Shown here piece by piece: positions 1-9,124 of a stretch of 64,000 nucleotides of DNA (the first letter of the stretch is position 1; every line of letters begins with the position of its first letter). The position numbers and the translations under genes were made by a program. A model generated the notes under the pieces. The model saw nothing but the letters and a program-made list of their open reading frames with translations, did not search any database and was not told the origin of the DNA. The DNA comes from Patescibacteria group bacterium (lineage in GTDB: Bacteria; Patescibacteriota; Minisyncoccia; Ryanbacterales; GWA2-47-10b). The stretch spans positions 72,815-136,814 of the forward strand of contig JBBTSE010000002.1 of the NCBI GenBank assembly GCA_038064855.1, given 5' to 3'.

Positions 1-1
1 C

Positions 2-577
2 AAGTGCTACAAGATCGGCTTCAAGAAGGGTGAGCTGCAAGTCTCGAATCACGCCTTCGACCCGCTCGTCTTGATCCCGTTCCAGGTGCCCCCGTTCGCC
101 ACCGAGGATGGCTGCCGGCTCCTGCCTGCCAAAGCTCCGCGTCCCGCGATGTTCTGCGTTCCCGTCGACAAGAAGCCGAGGCAGGCTCCCGTCGGCACGG
201 ACATCAAGAACGATTTCTTCGTGTACAAGATGAAGTGCCCCGAGCAGCCCAACTTCGTGCAGGGCGCGTCCGACCAGTTCGTGCGCGGCAACATGCAGGT
301 CAACCGCAAGACGACCGTGCGCATGTTGCTCGTCCCGGCGTACAAGACCACGACGCCGCCCGATCCTTCATGTCAGCCCACCGCGCCTCACCAGTGCGGC
401 GGCACCTGCCCCGACGCGACCGACATCTGTCGGCCCGATGCCGCGGACATCTGCAGGTGCATCCCGCAGATCTCGATGTCGTGCGGGCTCATCCCCGGCA
501 CGAACCAGTGCGGCGGCGATTGCGCCTCCGGACTCTCGTGCAAGCCATCAGCCACGGCGCCCTGCGCCTGCGGCTGA
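2..577 (+). CDS. Partial (5' end outside window) cysteine-rich hypothetical protein, GC-rich gene
   Basis: The reading frame stays open to the window start. The C-terminal ~70 aa hold about 15 Cys in CxxxC/CGG patterns. GC is much higher than the neighbouring str operon. Confidence 0.5.
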   Translation, partial: KCYKIGFKKGELQVSNHAFDPLVLIPFQVPPFATEDGCRLLPAKAPRPAMFCVPVDKKPRQAPVGTDIKNDFFVYKMKCPEQPNFVQGASDQFVRGNMQVNRKTTVRMLLVPAYKTTTPPDPSCQPTAPHQCGGTCPDATDICRPDAADICRCIPQISMSCGLIPGTNQCGGDCASGLSCKPSATAPCACG

Positions 578-612
578 CCTAACCTCATCTGCGAGACGAG
601 ACCAAGGCCGTG

Positions 613-648
613 CCCCCAACCCGAATCGTCGGGAAGGGGGCCTTTTTC
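613..648 (+). terminator. Rho-independent terminator (nested CCCCC/CCCGA hairpin plus T-tract)
   Basis: CCCCCAACCCGA-atcg-TCGGGAAGGGGG followed by CCTTTTT, directly after the stop of the upstream ORF. Confidence 0.6.
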
Positions 649-677
649 TTGACACTGCTTCATCTTTTTGTTATTCT
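649..677 (+). promoter_or_regulatory. Sigma70-like promoter for the rpsL operon (TTGACA-17 nt-TATTCT)
   Basis: TTGACA at 649-654, a 17-nt spacer, TATTCT at 672-677, about 18 nt upstream of the rpsL ATG. Confidence 0.6.
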
Positions 678-694
678 CGAGGGTACATTTTTAT

Positions 695-1120
695 ATGCCA
701 ACTATTCAGCAATTGATTCGTCACGGTCGCAAGCGCATCGTCAAAAAAGCGAAGGCGCCCGCTTTGCGTTTTAGCTTTAATACCATCCACAACAAGCGCG
801 TATGGCACAGCTCGCCGTTCAAACGCGGTGTATGTATAAAGGTAACCACCCAGACTCCAAAGAAGCCAAACTCCGCTATCCGTAAAGTAGCGCGAGTTCG
901 TCTTTCGAATGGTATGGAAGTAACTGCGTATATCCCGGGTATCGGCCACAACTTGCAAGAGCACTCAGTGGTCATGGTGCGTGGCGGTCGCGTAAAAGAC
1001 TTGCCAGGTGTGCGCTATCACATCGTTCGTGGTGTACTCGATGCGTCAGGTGTTGAGACGCGTCGCCAGGCTCGTTCAAAGTACGGATCAAAGCGGCCAA
1101 AGGCGAAGGCAAAGGCATAA
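695..1120 (+). CDS. rpsL: 30S ribosomal protein S12
   Basis: [13 protein letters not shown]... with the typical S12 N-terminus and KKPNSA(I/L)RKV motif. The start is taken at the internal ATG of the ORF-track entry 668..1120. Confidence 0.95.
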   Translation: MPTIQQLIRHGRKRIVKKAKAPALRFSFNTIHNKRVWHSSPFKRGVCIKVTTQTPKKPNSAIRKVARVRLSNGMEVTAYIPGIGHNLQEHSVVMVRGGRVKDLPGVRYHIVRGVLDASGVETRRQARSKYGSKRPKAKAKA

Positions 1121-1139
1121 TTACTACTGAATATTTTTT

Positions 1140-1610
1140 ATGCGTAGAAAACGAAATTACAAACGAGATATCATGCCAGATCCAAAATTTGGTGACGAGA
1201 CACTCGCAAAGTTTATCAACCACCTCATGATTGGTGGCAAAAAATCAACCGCGCGTACATGCATGTACGACGCGCTTGATGAGATCGCAAAAATCCAAAA
1301 GACCGAAGATCCTATGGCGGTATTCAACGCAGCGCTTACCAATGTGGGCCCGCAGGTTGAAGTAAAATCTCGCCGCGTTGGTGGCGCAAACTATCAGGTA
1401 CCCCGTGAAGTTCGCGGTGACCGCCGTATGACGCTCGCGATGCGTTGGATCATCGCCGCATCACGCGCCAAAAAAGGCAAGCCGATCTCAAAGCGTCTTG
1501 CTGATGAATTTATGCTTGCATCAAAAAACGAAGGTACCGCCATCAAGAAAAAACTCGACACCCATCGTATGGCAGAAGCCAACAAGGCCTTTGCACACTT
1601 CGCGTGGTAA
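1140..1610 (+). CDS. rpsG: 30S ribosomal protein S7
   Basis: MRRKRNYKRDIMPDPKFGDETLAKFINHLMIGGKKS... is an S7 signature, and the position after rpsL is conserved. Confidence 0.95.
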   Translation: MRRKRNYKRDIMPDPKFGDETLAKFINHLMIGGKKSTARTCMYDALDEIAKIQKTEDPMAVFNAALTNVGPQVEVKSRRVGGANYQVPREVRGDRRMTLAMRWIIAASRAKKGKPISKRLADEFMLASKNEGTAIKKKLDTHRMAEANKAFAHFAW

Positions 1611-1622
1611 GCTACTGATTGT

Positions 1623-3734
1623 ATGGCACGCGACTATCCTCTCGATCGTATCCGTGATATCGGCATCATTGCTCATATCGACGCCGGCAAGACTACGGTC
1701 TCCGAGCGTGTTTTGTTTTACACCGGTGTATCGCACAAGATTGGTGAAGTACACGAAGGTGAAGCGGTCATGGATTGGATGGAGCAAGAACGAGAGCGTG
1801 GTATCACAATCACCTCAGCTGCAACTACCTGTTTTTGGCGCCCGACCTATCTTCCGGAAGCGCATAAAAATAAAGATCACGAATATCGTATCAATATCAT
1901 CGATACTCCAGGCCATGTGGATTTTACCGTCGAGGTTGAGCGCTCACTACGCGTACTCGATGGCGGTGTGGTTGTCTTTGATGGTGTTGCCGGCGTAGAG
2001 CCGCAGTCAGAAACGGTGTGGCGTCAGGCAGACAAGTACAAAGTGCCGCGCATGTGTTTCATCAACAAGCTCGATCGCACGGGCGCGTCATTTGAGCGCA
2101 GTTTTAACTCGATCATTGAACGACTCACACCAAATGCAGTCGCCGTACAACTTCCTATTGGTTTGGAAGGGGACTTCGCGGGTGTCATCGATCTTTTGCG
2201 TATGAAGGCATTTCGTTTTGAGGGTGATCACGGTGACAAAATTGTCACCGAAGAAATCCCCGCGAATCTCAAAGCCGATGCTGATCGGTATCGCCATATC
2301 TTGCTCGAAAAGATCGTCGAGACGGATGATGTACTCACCGAACAATATCTCGAAGGCAAAGAAATTTCATTTGATAATTTACAAAAAGCTTTGCGCGCCG
2401 CAACCATCGGGTACAAAATCGTACCGGTATTTTGTGGCTCCGCACTCAAAAACAAAGGCGTACAGCTCATGCTTGACGGTGTGGTAGATTATTTGCCAAG
2501 CCCACTCGATCGGCCACCGGTAGTGGGCAAAGATCCCAACACCGATGCTGATATCATCCGCGAGACATCTGACGAAGCGCCCTTTTCAGCGCTTGCGTTT
2601 AAGTTGCAGACTGATCCCTTTGTAGGTCAGCTGACTTATTTTCGTATCTATTCGGGTGTTATCGAGGCGGGTTCGTATATTTACAACGCGACCAAAGATC
2701 AAAAAGAGCGCGTAGGCCGCATCTTGCGCATGCATGCAAACCACCGCGAAGAAGTAAAAGAAATGCACGCAGGCGAGATTGGCGCCATCGTAGGTCTCAA
2801 ATCAACTACTACCGGTGATACGCTCACCGATCCTGAGCATCCAATAATCTTGGAGCGCATCATATTCCCCGAACCTGTTGTAGACCTCAAGATCGAACCA
2901 AAGACCAAAGTAGACCAAGAGCGCATGGGCTTCGCACTCAAGCGCCTTTCCGAAGAAGATCCGACATTCCGCATCAGTAGCAATGGCGAGACCGGCGAGA
3001 CGATCATCTCGGGTATGGGTGAATTGCACCTCGAGATTCTTGTCGATCGTATGCGCCGCGAGTTTAAGGTTGAGGCCAATGTCGGCAAGCCGCAGGTAGC
3101 GTACAAAGAAACCATCCGCAAAAAGGCGGAGGCGGAGGGCAAGTACATCAAGCAATCAGGTGGTCGCGGTCAGTACGGCCATGTGCGCCTTCGCGTTGAA
3201 CCAAACGAAACCGGCAAAGGTTTTGAATTTATCAACGAGATCAAGGGTGGCGCGATCCCCCAAGAGTTTATCCCCGCTGTACAAAAAGGTATCCGCGAAT
3301 CACTCGATCGCGGTGTGGTTGCGGGCTTCCCGATTGTGGATGTCAAAGTGGCACTCTACGATGGCTCATACCACGATGTAGACTCAAACGAAGCGGCGTT
3401 TAAGATCGCGGGTTCTATGGGCTTCCAAGAGGCCGCCAAGCGCGCCGATCCCGTACTGCTCGAGCCAATCATGAAGGTAGAAGTTATCGTACCCGCAGAC
3501 TTCATGGGTGAGGTGACGGGCGATATCAACTCAAAGCGCGGACGCATCGAGCGCATGGAAGACCGCCTCAACCTCAAAGTTATCGACGCCAAAGTGCCGC
3601 TCTCTGAGATGTTTGGTTATGTGACCAATTTACGATCACGCACCGAAGGACGCGGGTCATATACTATGGAATTCTCTTCATACGAAGAGGTACCAAAAAA
3701 TGTGTCGGCAGATATTATTGCTGGTAAAAAGTAA
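1623..3734 (+). CDS. fusA: Elongation factor G
   Basis: 703 aa with [10 protein letters not shown]1 motif, DTPGHVDF and NKLDR motifs, and the EF-G C-terminal domains. It sits in the conserved str operon position. Confidence 0.97.
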   Translation: MARDYPLDRIRDIGIIAHIDAGKTTVSERVLFYTGVSHKIGEVHEGEAVMDWMEQERERGITITSAATTCFWRPTYLPEAHKNKDHEYRINIIDTPGHVDFTVEVERSLRVLDGGVVVFDGVAGVEPQSETVWRQADKYKVPRMCFINKLDRTGASFERSFNSIIERLTPNAVAVQLPIGLEGDFAGVIDLLRMKAFRFEGDHGDKIVTEEIPANLKADADRYRHILLEKIVETDDVLTEQYLEGKEISFDNLQKALRAATIGYKIVPVFCGSALKNKGVQLMLDGVVDYLPSPLDRPPVVGKDPNTDADIIRETSDEAPFSALAFKLQTDPFVGQLTYFRIYSGVIEAGSYIYNATKDQKERVGRILRMHANHREEVKEMHAGEIGAIVGLKSTTTGDTLTDPEHPIILERIIFPEPVVDLKIEPKTKVDQERMGFALKRLSEEDPTFRISSNGETGETIISGMGELHLEILVDRMRREFKVEANVGKPQVAYKETIRKKAEAEGKYIKQSGGRGQYGHVRLRVEPNETGKGFEFINEIKGGAIPQEFIPAVQKGIRESLDRGVVAGFPIVDVKVALYDGSYHDVDSNEAAFKIAGSMGFQEAAKRADPVLLEPIMKVEVIVPADFMGEVTGDINSKRGRIERMEDRLNLKVIDAKVPLSEMFGYVTNLRSRTEGRGSYTMEFSSYEEVPKNVSADIIAGKK

Positions 3735-3751
3735 ATATATATCTGAACAAA

Positions 3752-3782
3752 AAATGCCTTTCGGGGCATTTGTTTGTTTTGC
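3752..3782 (+). terminator. Rho-independent terminator after fusA
   Basis: AAATGCC-tttcgg-GGCATTT stem followed by GTTTGTTTT. Confidence 0.6.
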
Positions 3783-3835
3783 ACAGGAGTCTTGTCAAAA
3801 TGATTTGCTTTGAGTAGAGTAGAGGAGAAGCACCT

Positions 3836-3901
3836 CGTACATGGGGACTCACAAGAGTCCCAATGTCGTACGTGGAGACTCACAAAAGTCTCCCCAACAT
3901 G
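3836..3901 (+). repeat. Two tandem ~33-bp units, each a hairpin, with compensatory stem changes (possible structured RNA)
   Basis: cgtacatGGGGACTCacaagaGAGTCCCaatgt and cgtacgtGGAGACTcacaaaAGTCTCCccaacatg. The stems differ between the copies, but both arms change together. Confidence 0.45.
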
Positions 3902-4001
3902 AAGGAGGTTAGGATGAGGCAGAAGTTCGTCAACTGCCAGCGCAGAGCCGGCCCGATCTAGGCACGACCCCCTCCTCAACAGTCGCTACGGCGACACCCC
4001 C

Positions 4002-4040
4002 CGGCGGAGTCCCTCATGGACTCCGCCGATTTCTTTTTTA
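4002..4040 (+). terminator. Strong rho-independent terminator in the fusA-tuf spacer
   Basis: CGGCGGAGTCC-ctcat-GGACTCCGCCG perfect 11-bp stem followed by ATTTCTTTTTTATTT. Confidence 0.7.
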
Positions 4041-4067
4041 TTTGATTTTGAGGTATATACTACATAC

Positions 4068-4190
4068 ATGGCACACGAACCTGAAGATGCTGGCGCACGC
4101 GAGGTAGATGGCGATTTCTTCTTTGCCGAAGAGGTGTTGGCCGAAGATCTCGAGAGGGTAGAGGCCACAGCCGACGACCTTCCATTATAG
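4068..4190 (+). CDS. Possible 40-aa highly acidic small protein (MAHEPEDAGAREVDGDFFFAEEVLAEDLERVEATADDLPL)
   Basis: ATG-initiated ORF not in the supplied track because it is under 60 aa. It lies between a terminator and the tuf promoter and is GC-rich. Coding status is uncertain. Confidence 0.25.
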   Translation: MAHEPEDAGAREVDGDFFFAEEVLAEDLERVEATADDLPL

Positions 4191-4212
4191 GGAAAGCCCC
4201 AAAGCTCCCTAT

Positions 4213-4241
4213 TTGACAGGGGAGGATATTTTCACTATCAT
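4213..4241 (+). promoter_or_regulatory. Sigma70-like promoter for tuf (TTGACA-17 nt-TATCAT)
   Basis: TTGACA at 4213-4218, 17-nt spacer, TATCAT at 4236-4241, about 42 nt upstream of the tuf ATG. Confidence 0.55.
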
Positions 4242-4283
4242 GGGCGTTATCTAATAATTACTCGTTTTAAACGCTTTTTCACT

Positions 4284-5480
4284 ATGGCAACGGAAAAATT
4301 TGACCGTTCAAAGCCGCACCTCAATGTGGGAACCATTGGTCATGTCGACCACGGAAAGACCACACTGACGGCGGCAATCCTCCATTGCTTGGCACTCGCC
4401 GGAAACAAGGTGCGTGTTGAGGATGTGAGCCAGATTGACAACGCACCCGAGGAGCGGGCGCGTGGTATTACTATTGCACTCCACCACTCAGAGTATGAGT
4501 CGGCAAAGCGCCACTACGCGCACATTGATGCACCTGGTCACGCAGATTACATCAAAAACATGATCACCGGTGCCGCCCAGATGGACGGCGCAGTGCTTGT
4601 GGTAGCCGCCACTGACGGCCCTATGCCACAGACGCGTGAGCATATCTTGCTCGCAAAACAGGTTGGCGTACCTACGATCATCGTATTTCTCAACAAGTGC
4701 GATGCAGTAGACGATCCAGAGCTTATTGATCTCGTCGAACAAGAAATTCGCGAGCTTCTCACCAAGTATGATTACCCAGGTGAAACGACCCCGATCATTC
4801 GTGGGTCAGCGCTCAAGGCACTTGAGGGCAAGACTGTTGATGATCCTGCGGTCAAAGCAGTACTTGAGCTTGCAAACCAGCTTGATAACTATATTCCTGA
4901 GCCAGTTCGCGACCTCGAAAAGCCATTCTTGATGCCAGTAGAAGATGTGTTCTCTATTGAAGGACGCGGTACTGTCGTCACCGGTAAGATCGAGCGCGGT
5001 CAGGTAAAGGTGGGCGAGGAAATTGAAATCATCGGTATCCGCGACACCCAAAAGACGGTCGTCACTGGTATTGAAATGTTCAACAAATCTCTTGACGAAG
5101 GTCGGGCAGGCGACAACGCAGGTCTCCTCCTTCGTGGTCTCAAAAAAGAAGATGTTGAGCGCGGTCAGGTTTTGGCGAAGCCAGGATCAGTCACCCCTCA
5201 CACCGAGTTTGAGGCAGAGGTATATATCCTCACCAAAGAAGAAGGCGGACGCCACACGCCATTTTTCGCGGGCTACAAGCCACAGTTTTACATTCGCACC
5301 ACTGATGTGACCGGCGAGGTAACCCTTCCACAGGGCACCGAGATGGTTATGCCAGGTGATACGATGAAGTTCCAAGTAAAACTCGTACAGCCGGTAGCTT
5401 TAGAAGAAAAACAGCGCTTTGCTATCCGCGAGGGTGGTAAGACTGTCGGTGCTGGTGTTGTTACCAAAATCACCAAGTAA
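4284..5480 (+). CDS. tuf: Elongation factor Tu
   Basis: 398 aa with [18 protein letters not shown] and NKCD motifs, essentially canonical EF-Tu. Confidence 0.98.
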   Translation: MATEKFDRSKPHLNVGTIGHVDHGKTTLTAAILHCLALAGNKVRVEDVSQIDNAPEERARGITIALHHSEYESAKRHYAHIDAPGHADYIKNMITGAAQMDGAVLVVAATDGPMPQTREHILLAKQVGVPTIIVFLNKCDAVDDPELIDLVEQEIRELLTKYDYPGETTPIIRGSALKALEGKTVDDPAVKAVLELANQLDNYIPEPVRDLEKPFLMPVEDVFSIEGRGTVVTGKIERGQVKVGEEIEIIGIRDTQKTVVTGIEMFNKSLDEGRAGDNAGLLLRGLKKEDVERGQVLAKPGSVTPHTEFEAEVYILTKEEGGRHTPFFAGYKPQFYIRTTDVTGEVTLPQGTEMVMPGDTMKFQVKLVQPVALEEKQRFAIREGGKTVGAGVVTKITK

Positions 5481-5503
5481 TATAATCCTTTACTAGATAT
5501 CAA

Positions 5504-5836
5504 ATGGCACGAGCAGCAGAAAAAACTCCAACCGCGACCAAGCTCCGCATTCGCATCCGCGCGTATGACAACAAGGTCATCGACGCGTCGGTCAAGCAGA
5601 TTGTAGAGACCGCGCGCAGGTATGGGGGCGAGATTGTAGGGCCGGTGCCGTTACCGACAGAAATCCGTAAGTACACGGTAAACCGCTCAACCTTCGTGCA
5701 TAAAAATGCCCGTGAGCAGTTTGAGATGCGAGTGCATAAGCGCATCATCGATATCAAGAACCCAACGCCCAAGATCATCGATGCGCTTACCAACCTCAAC
5801 CTTCCCGCCGGTGTTGATGTCGAAGTAAAGATGTAA
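5504..5836 (+). CDS. rpsJ: 30S ribosomal protein S10
   Basis: [40 protein letters not shown]... is a canonical S10. Confidence 0.95.
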   Translation: MARAAEKTPTATKLRIRIRAYDNKVIDASVKQIVETARRYGGEIVGPVPLPTEIRKYTVNRSTFVHKNAREQFEMRVHKRIIDIKNPTPKIIDALTNLNLPAGVDVEVKM

Positions 5837-5855
5837 AAAGGGTTCTGCCCTAAAC

Positions 5856-5882
5856 CAAAAACCGCCCTCGGGCGGTTTTTGG
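5856..5882 (+). terminator. Rho-independent terminator after rpsJ (copy 1 of a duplicated element)
   Basis: AAAACCGCCC-tcg-GGCGGTTTTTGG. The identical ~27-mer recurs at 6412-6440. Confidence 0.65.
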
Positions 5883-5894
5883 TATACTGTAAAC

Positions 5895-6143
5895 ATGAGA
5901 TATATTTTGTCGCCCCATGCAAAGTTGCGCATGAAGGAGCGATCGATACAGCAGAGTCTTCTTGAGGGAACTCTGGCGAATCCAACAAAAGTATTATATG
6001 ATGCAAGAGGTAGATTAATGTTTAAAAAACTCTATAAAAAGCGGCATACAACGAGACTATTGATAGTTGTTGGTGAAAAAGTAAAAGACACACTGCGCGT
6101 TATTACGGTTATAGAAACATCTAAAATTAAGAAATATTTATGA
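5895..6143 (+). CDS. DUF4258-family small protein (putative toxin-like partner of DUF2283)
   Basis: SPHAKLRMKERSI...LLIVVGEK...LRVITVIE matches the HAxxRMxERgI...lHvVv...viTvY pattern of DUF4258. It overlaps the next gene by 4 nt. Confidence 0.6.
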   Translation: MRYILSPHAKLRMKERSIQQSLLEGTLANPTKVLYDARGRLMFKKLYKKRHTTRLLIVVGEKVKDTLRVITVIETSKIKKYL

Positions 6144-6379
6144 ATAAACAACAAGGAAAAATTTCGTACGATCGAGGAAGTAGAGTGCTTTCTCTCGCCG
6201 TAGGTAAAGGCAAAAGCGTTGATTCTGATATCAGGGGCAATGTGGTCATTGATGTTGATAAAAAAGGCAATCCGGTACGCGTAGATATCCATAGTTTTAG
6301 TTTTGATGCTTTTCGTGCAGGCAAGGGCAAACTAGAACATTTCCTCGGTTCCAAGGCCAGGGTTGTCCAGTTGAGGTAA
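6140..6379 (+). CDS. DUF2283-family small protein (putative antitoxin-like partner)
   Basis: GKISYDRGSRVLSL...VVIDVDKKGNPVRVDI matches the kIsYDkeaDvLyI...iDld.eGrlvGiEI pattern of DUF2283. Confidence 0.6.
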   Translation: MNKQQGKISYDRGSRVLSLAVGKGKSVDSDIRGNVVIDVDKKGNPVRVDIHSFSFDAFRAGKGKLEHFLGSKARVVQLR

Positions 6380-6411
6380 TCTAACTATATTGGCAAGGAT
6401 TCTGTTCTATC

Positions 6412-6440
6412 AAAAACCGCCCTCGGGCGGTTTTTGGTTT
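6412..6440 (+). terminator. Rho-independent terminator (copy 2 of the duplicated rpsJ terminator)
   Basis: CAAAAACCGCCCTCGGGCGGTTTTTGG identical to 5856-5882. A downstream ...GGTATACTG... segment is also shared. Confidence 0.6.
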
Positions 6441-6798
6441 GAGGTGGTATACTGACAAAAGCATGAATATCTATATAAGGATTATTTTGTGGGGGCTACT
6501 TGTTTTTTGGCTGGTCGGTTCTGCTGTCCTATTGCCTAAATTTTATTGCGGAGTTGGGAACGCAGGCAAAGCTGGGTCAGCTGTTTTTAATCAGAGTGAT
6601 CCAAATTTTCGGCAACACAGTAAGGTGATTTTTGATGACTGCTCGTATCCAGCAGTTTTCAAAATCCTTCTTAAGAGGCGCTTGATTCTAGACTATATGC
6701 TCGGTGTTATTGGGTTACCATTAATTCTCATCTCACTTTTTTATGGCGGTCAATTTCTTTATAAGAAAATCTTTCGAAAACAATATGACCACAAATGA
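6439..6798 (+). CDS. Hypothetical small membrane protein
   Basis: Hydrophobic helices in the translation (IILWGLLVFWLVGSAVLL; VIGLPLILISLFYGG) and no recognisable family. Confidence 0.45.
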   Translation: MRWYTDKSMNIYIRIILWGLLVFWLVGSAVLLPKFYCGVGNAGKAGSAVFNQSDPNFRQHSKVIFDDCSYPAVFKILLKRRLILDYMLGVIGLPLILISLFYGGQFLYKKIFRKQYDHK

Positions 6799-7237
6799 AT
6801 TTACAAAGCCGGAGAATTTGGAAAAGTATTCTTTTCTCTGGTCAGAGGCGCGGCTTTTGGTAGCTGCCGTAGCGTTGTTCGCGGGCGGTATTCCAGCAGT
6901 GTATTTATTGCCGATTCCCTACCTATTTGTAGGTTTAGTAAGTACTCTCCTCACGCTCTCGTGGCTTGTTTCGGGCGCGGCATCAGCGTATCTTGGCTGG
7001 CGCTGGTATACGGGTGGGCAAAAAGTATTTGGCAAAAAAGATACGCGTGATACTGTCGCTTTTTTTGTCAGCGTAGTGTCAGGTATCAATCTCGGGCTCG
7101 TTCCAATTTTAGGCAACAATATTGGTATGAGTATCGCGTGGGGCGGATTTGTCTTTACCGTGACCGCTATTTTATATGTCGTTGCCGCAGTACATCTCTG
7201 GATGCGCTGGAACGCGCATGGCAAAAAAGTTTTTTAG
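6785..7237 (+). CDS. Hypothetical membrane protein (4 predicted TM segments)
   Basis: Start taken at the MTTNEF ATG to minimise overlap with the previous gene. Multiple hydrophobic helices. Confidence 0.45.
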   Translation: MTTNEFTKPENLEKYSFLWSEARLLVAAVALFAGGIPAVYLLPIPYLFVGLVSTLLTLSWLVSGAASAYLGWRWYTGGQKVFGKKDTRDTVAFFVSVVSGINLGLVPILGNNIGMSIAWGGFVFTVTAILYVVAAVHLWMRWNAHGKKVF

Positions 7238-7262
7238 AAATAAATCGCATACAAAGAAAATT

Positions 7263-7301
7263 CCCCAGTCACCGTGATGGTGACTGGGGTTTGCCGTTTG
7301 G
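7263..7301. terminator. Bidirectional-looking terminator hairpin between convergent genes
   Basis: CCCCAGTCACC-gtgat-GGTGACTGGGG followed by TTTGCCGTTTGG. Confidence 0.55.
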
Positions 7302-7322
7302 CATGCTCCGTTATACGCAGAG

Positions 7323-7697
7323 CTAGTGGGGGAGAGCGTAGGCTCGCACGGTGTCGGTGAGCTCGTTGGGCACGCCCGATGACTTCGGTACGAACGCCAT
7401 AGCTCCCAGCTTCACCGCCGCCTCGGCGATGCCAGTCATCGTCTCGCGTGAGTAGATGATGATGGGCATCTGGGGGTGTGTCTCGCGCATGCCCGAGACG
7501 AGCTGCATGCCGGGCCGAAACCCTCTGCCCGCCACAATCTCGATGACCATGATGTCAGGACGCTCTTCGTTTGCGATGACTCGCGCCTCCGCAAAGCTGT
7601 CTGTCTCGAGCAGTACTGCGTCCGGTTCGGCGTCTTTGAGCTTCTTGCGTACGCGTGCCCGATCCTCGGCACTTTCGTCCACGAGTAGTATCTTCAT
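7323..7697 (-). CDS. Single-domain response regulator (REC/CheY-like), GC-rich orphan
   Basis: MKILLVDESAEDR...DIMVIEIVAGRGFRPGMQL...MPIIIYS is a receiver-domain pattern with D and K positions. GGAGG lies 12 nt upstream of the MKIL ATG. GC is clearly higher than the surroundings. Confidence 0.7.
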   Translation of the reverse strand: MKILLVDESAEDRARVRKKLKDAEPDAVLLETDSFAEARVIANEERPDIMVIEIVAGRGFRPGMQLVSGMRETHPQMPIIIYSRETMTGIAEAAVKLGAMAFVPKSSGVPNELTDTVRAYALPH

Positions 7698-7865
7698 GGG
7701 TTGGTACATTCCTCCTTCTAATAATAAAAAATACCCCAAAACCTTTAAAGAGTCAATGTTTTGATGGGTAGACTCGTCCCACTCTGGACAGCTCTTTTTC
7801 GTTGTGCTACAAAGGGGTCATGTTTCTCTGGTGATTTCCCCCCAGATAGTGACGGTAAGGCCTAG

Positions 7866-7888
7866 CCCCGCCGTGCGGGGTGTTTTAT
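7866..7888 (+). promoter_or_regulatory. Terminator-like hairpin in the 5' leader of the rplC operon (possible attenuator)
   Basis: CCCCGC-cgt-GCGGGG followed by TGTTTTATT, ~35 nt upstream of the rplC ATG. Confidence 0.35.
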
Positions 7889-7921
7889 TACCTGATGGGA
7901 ACAGCTCCATAAGCGGGGTAT

Positions 7922-8464
7922 ATGAAAAAATTCATCCTCGGTAAAAAGCTCGAAATGAGCCAAATATTCAAAGACGACGGCACAGTAATCCCTGTGACCG
8001 TCATTCAAGCTGGCCCCGTCGAGATCTCTCAAGTAAAGGGCAAGGAAAAAGACGGTTATGAGGCAGTACAAGTCCTTTTCGGCAAAACTCGCAAAGAATT
8101 TCGTACGGAAGATTCATACGAAAAAGGCGGCAAAATCGATGTTTCGGTTTTTGCGGAAGGGGATTTTGTAAAAGTATCAGGCACCATGAAGGGTCGTGGT
8201 TTTCAAGGCGTGGTCAAGCGCCACGGCTTCAAGGGTGCTCCTAAGTCCCACGGTACCAAGCACGCCCACCGCGAGCCGGGTTCAATCGGTGCAGTATGGC
8301 CTCAGCGCGTACTCAAGGGTACTCGTATGGGTGGTCGTATGGGTGGTACTCGTATTACCGTAGAAAATCTGATGGTCGCCAAAGTCGATGCTGAGAAAAA
8401 CTTACTGTATGTACGCGGCGCGGTTCCGGGCGCTCGTGGTACACTCTTGGAAATTTCTGCATAA
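7922..8464 (+). CDS. rplC: 50S ribosomal protein L3
   Basis: GTMKGRGFQGVVKRHGF...GGTRITVENLMVAKVD is an L3 signature. Confidence 0.95.
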   Translation: MKKFILGKKLEMSQIFKDDGTVIPVTVIQAGPVEISQVKGKEKDGYEAVQVLFGKTRKEFRTEDSYEKGGKIDVSVFAEGDFVKVSGTMKGRGFQGVVKRHGFKGAPKSHGTKHAHREPGSIGAVWPQRVLKGTRMGGRMGGTRITVENLMVAKVDAEKNLLYVRGAVPGARGTLLEISA

Positions 8465-8470
8465 CCTATC

Positions 8471-9115
8471 ATGGAAGCTCCACTCTACAACCAAAAAGGT
8501 GATACGGTCGGCAAGATTGCTCTTTCTGATGCTCTTTTCGCTGTTCGTTGGAGCCCAACACTCGTACACGAGACCGTTATCCAGATCCAGGCAAATCGCA
8601 GGAAGGCGATCGCTCATGTTAAAGATCGTGGTGAAGTGCGTGGTGGTGGCAAAAAGCCTTGGCGCCAAAAGGGTACGGGGCGAGCCCGACACGGTTCTAC
8701 TCGCTCACCGTTGTGGGTTGGTGGTGGTGTGACTCACGGTCCATCAAAGGACAAAAATTTTACGACAAAAATAAATAAAAAAGCACGCAGAAAAGCTCTT
8801 GCGGCTGCCCTCTCACACAAATTCAAAGACGGCGAGATTATTTTTGTAGACGCGCTCGCAACCGAAAAACCAAAGACCAAAGAGGCAGCAGTATTTCTCA
8901 AGGCTTTTGGCAAAGCAATCGGCAAAGAGACTTTCGGTGTAAAAGGTGGCCGTACACTCATCTTGACCGCAAAGTCACAGCCCGAGACTGTTCGCGCGTT
9001 TCGCAACTTGCCATTTGTTGAGATCATGGAGGCGCGCAACATAAATGTCGAAGAGGCGCTCTTGCCAAAGTATTTGGTATTTACCAAAGACGCGGTAGCA
9101 ACGATTGCTCGCTAA
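8471..9115 (+). CDS. rplD: 50S ribosomal protein L4
   Basis: [29 protein letters not shown] is an L4 signature. Confidence 0.95.
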   Translation: MEAPLYNQKGDTVGKIALSDALFAVRWSPTLVHETVIQIQANRRKAIAHVKDRGEVRGGGKKPWRQKGTGRARHGSTRSPLWVGGGVTHGPSKDKNFTTKINKKARRKALAAALSHKFKDGEIIFVDALATEKPKTKEAAVFLKAFGKAIGKETFGVKGGRTLILTAKSQPETVRAFRNLPFVEIMEARNINVEEALLPKYLVFTKDAVATIAR

Positions 9116-9124
9116 TCAACTATT

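Noticed and set aside
235-663. ORFs 235..582(+), 388..663(-) and 438..716(+) overlapping the first gene
   Set aside because: They are alternate-frame, Arg/Pro/Ala-rich ORFs of the kind that arise in GC-rich DNA. The frame open to the window start, with the Cys-rich C-terminus followed by a terminator, is the coherent one.
2699-3155. Minus-strand ORFs inside fusA (2699..3151, 2802..3155) and similar antisense ORFs inside tuf, secY, ileS (52140..52748) and leuS (62947..63543)
   Set aside because: They are fully embedded antisense to strongly conserved genes and have no family resemblance.
3836-3901. Possible CRISPR array
   Set aside because: There are only two tandem hairpin units and they are contiguous with no spacers. 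No cas genes are present. No other regularly spaced direct repeats were seen in the window.
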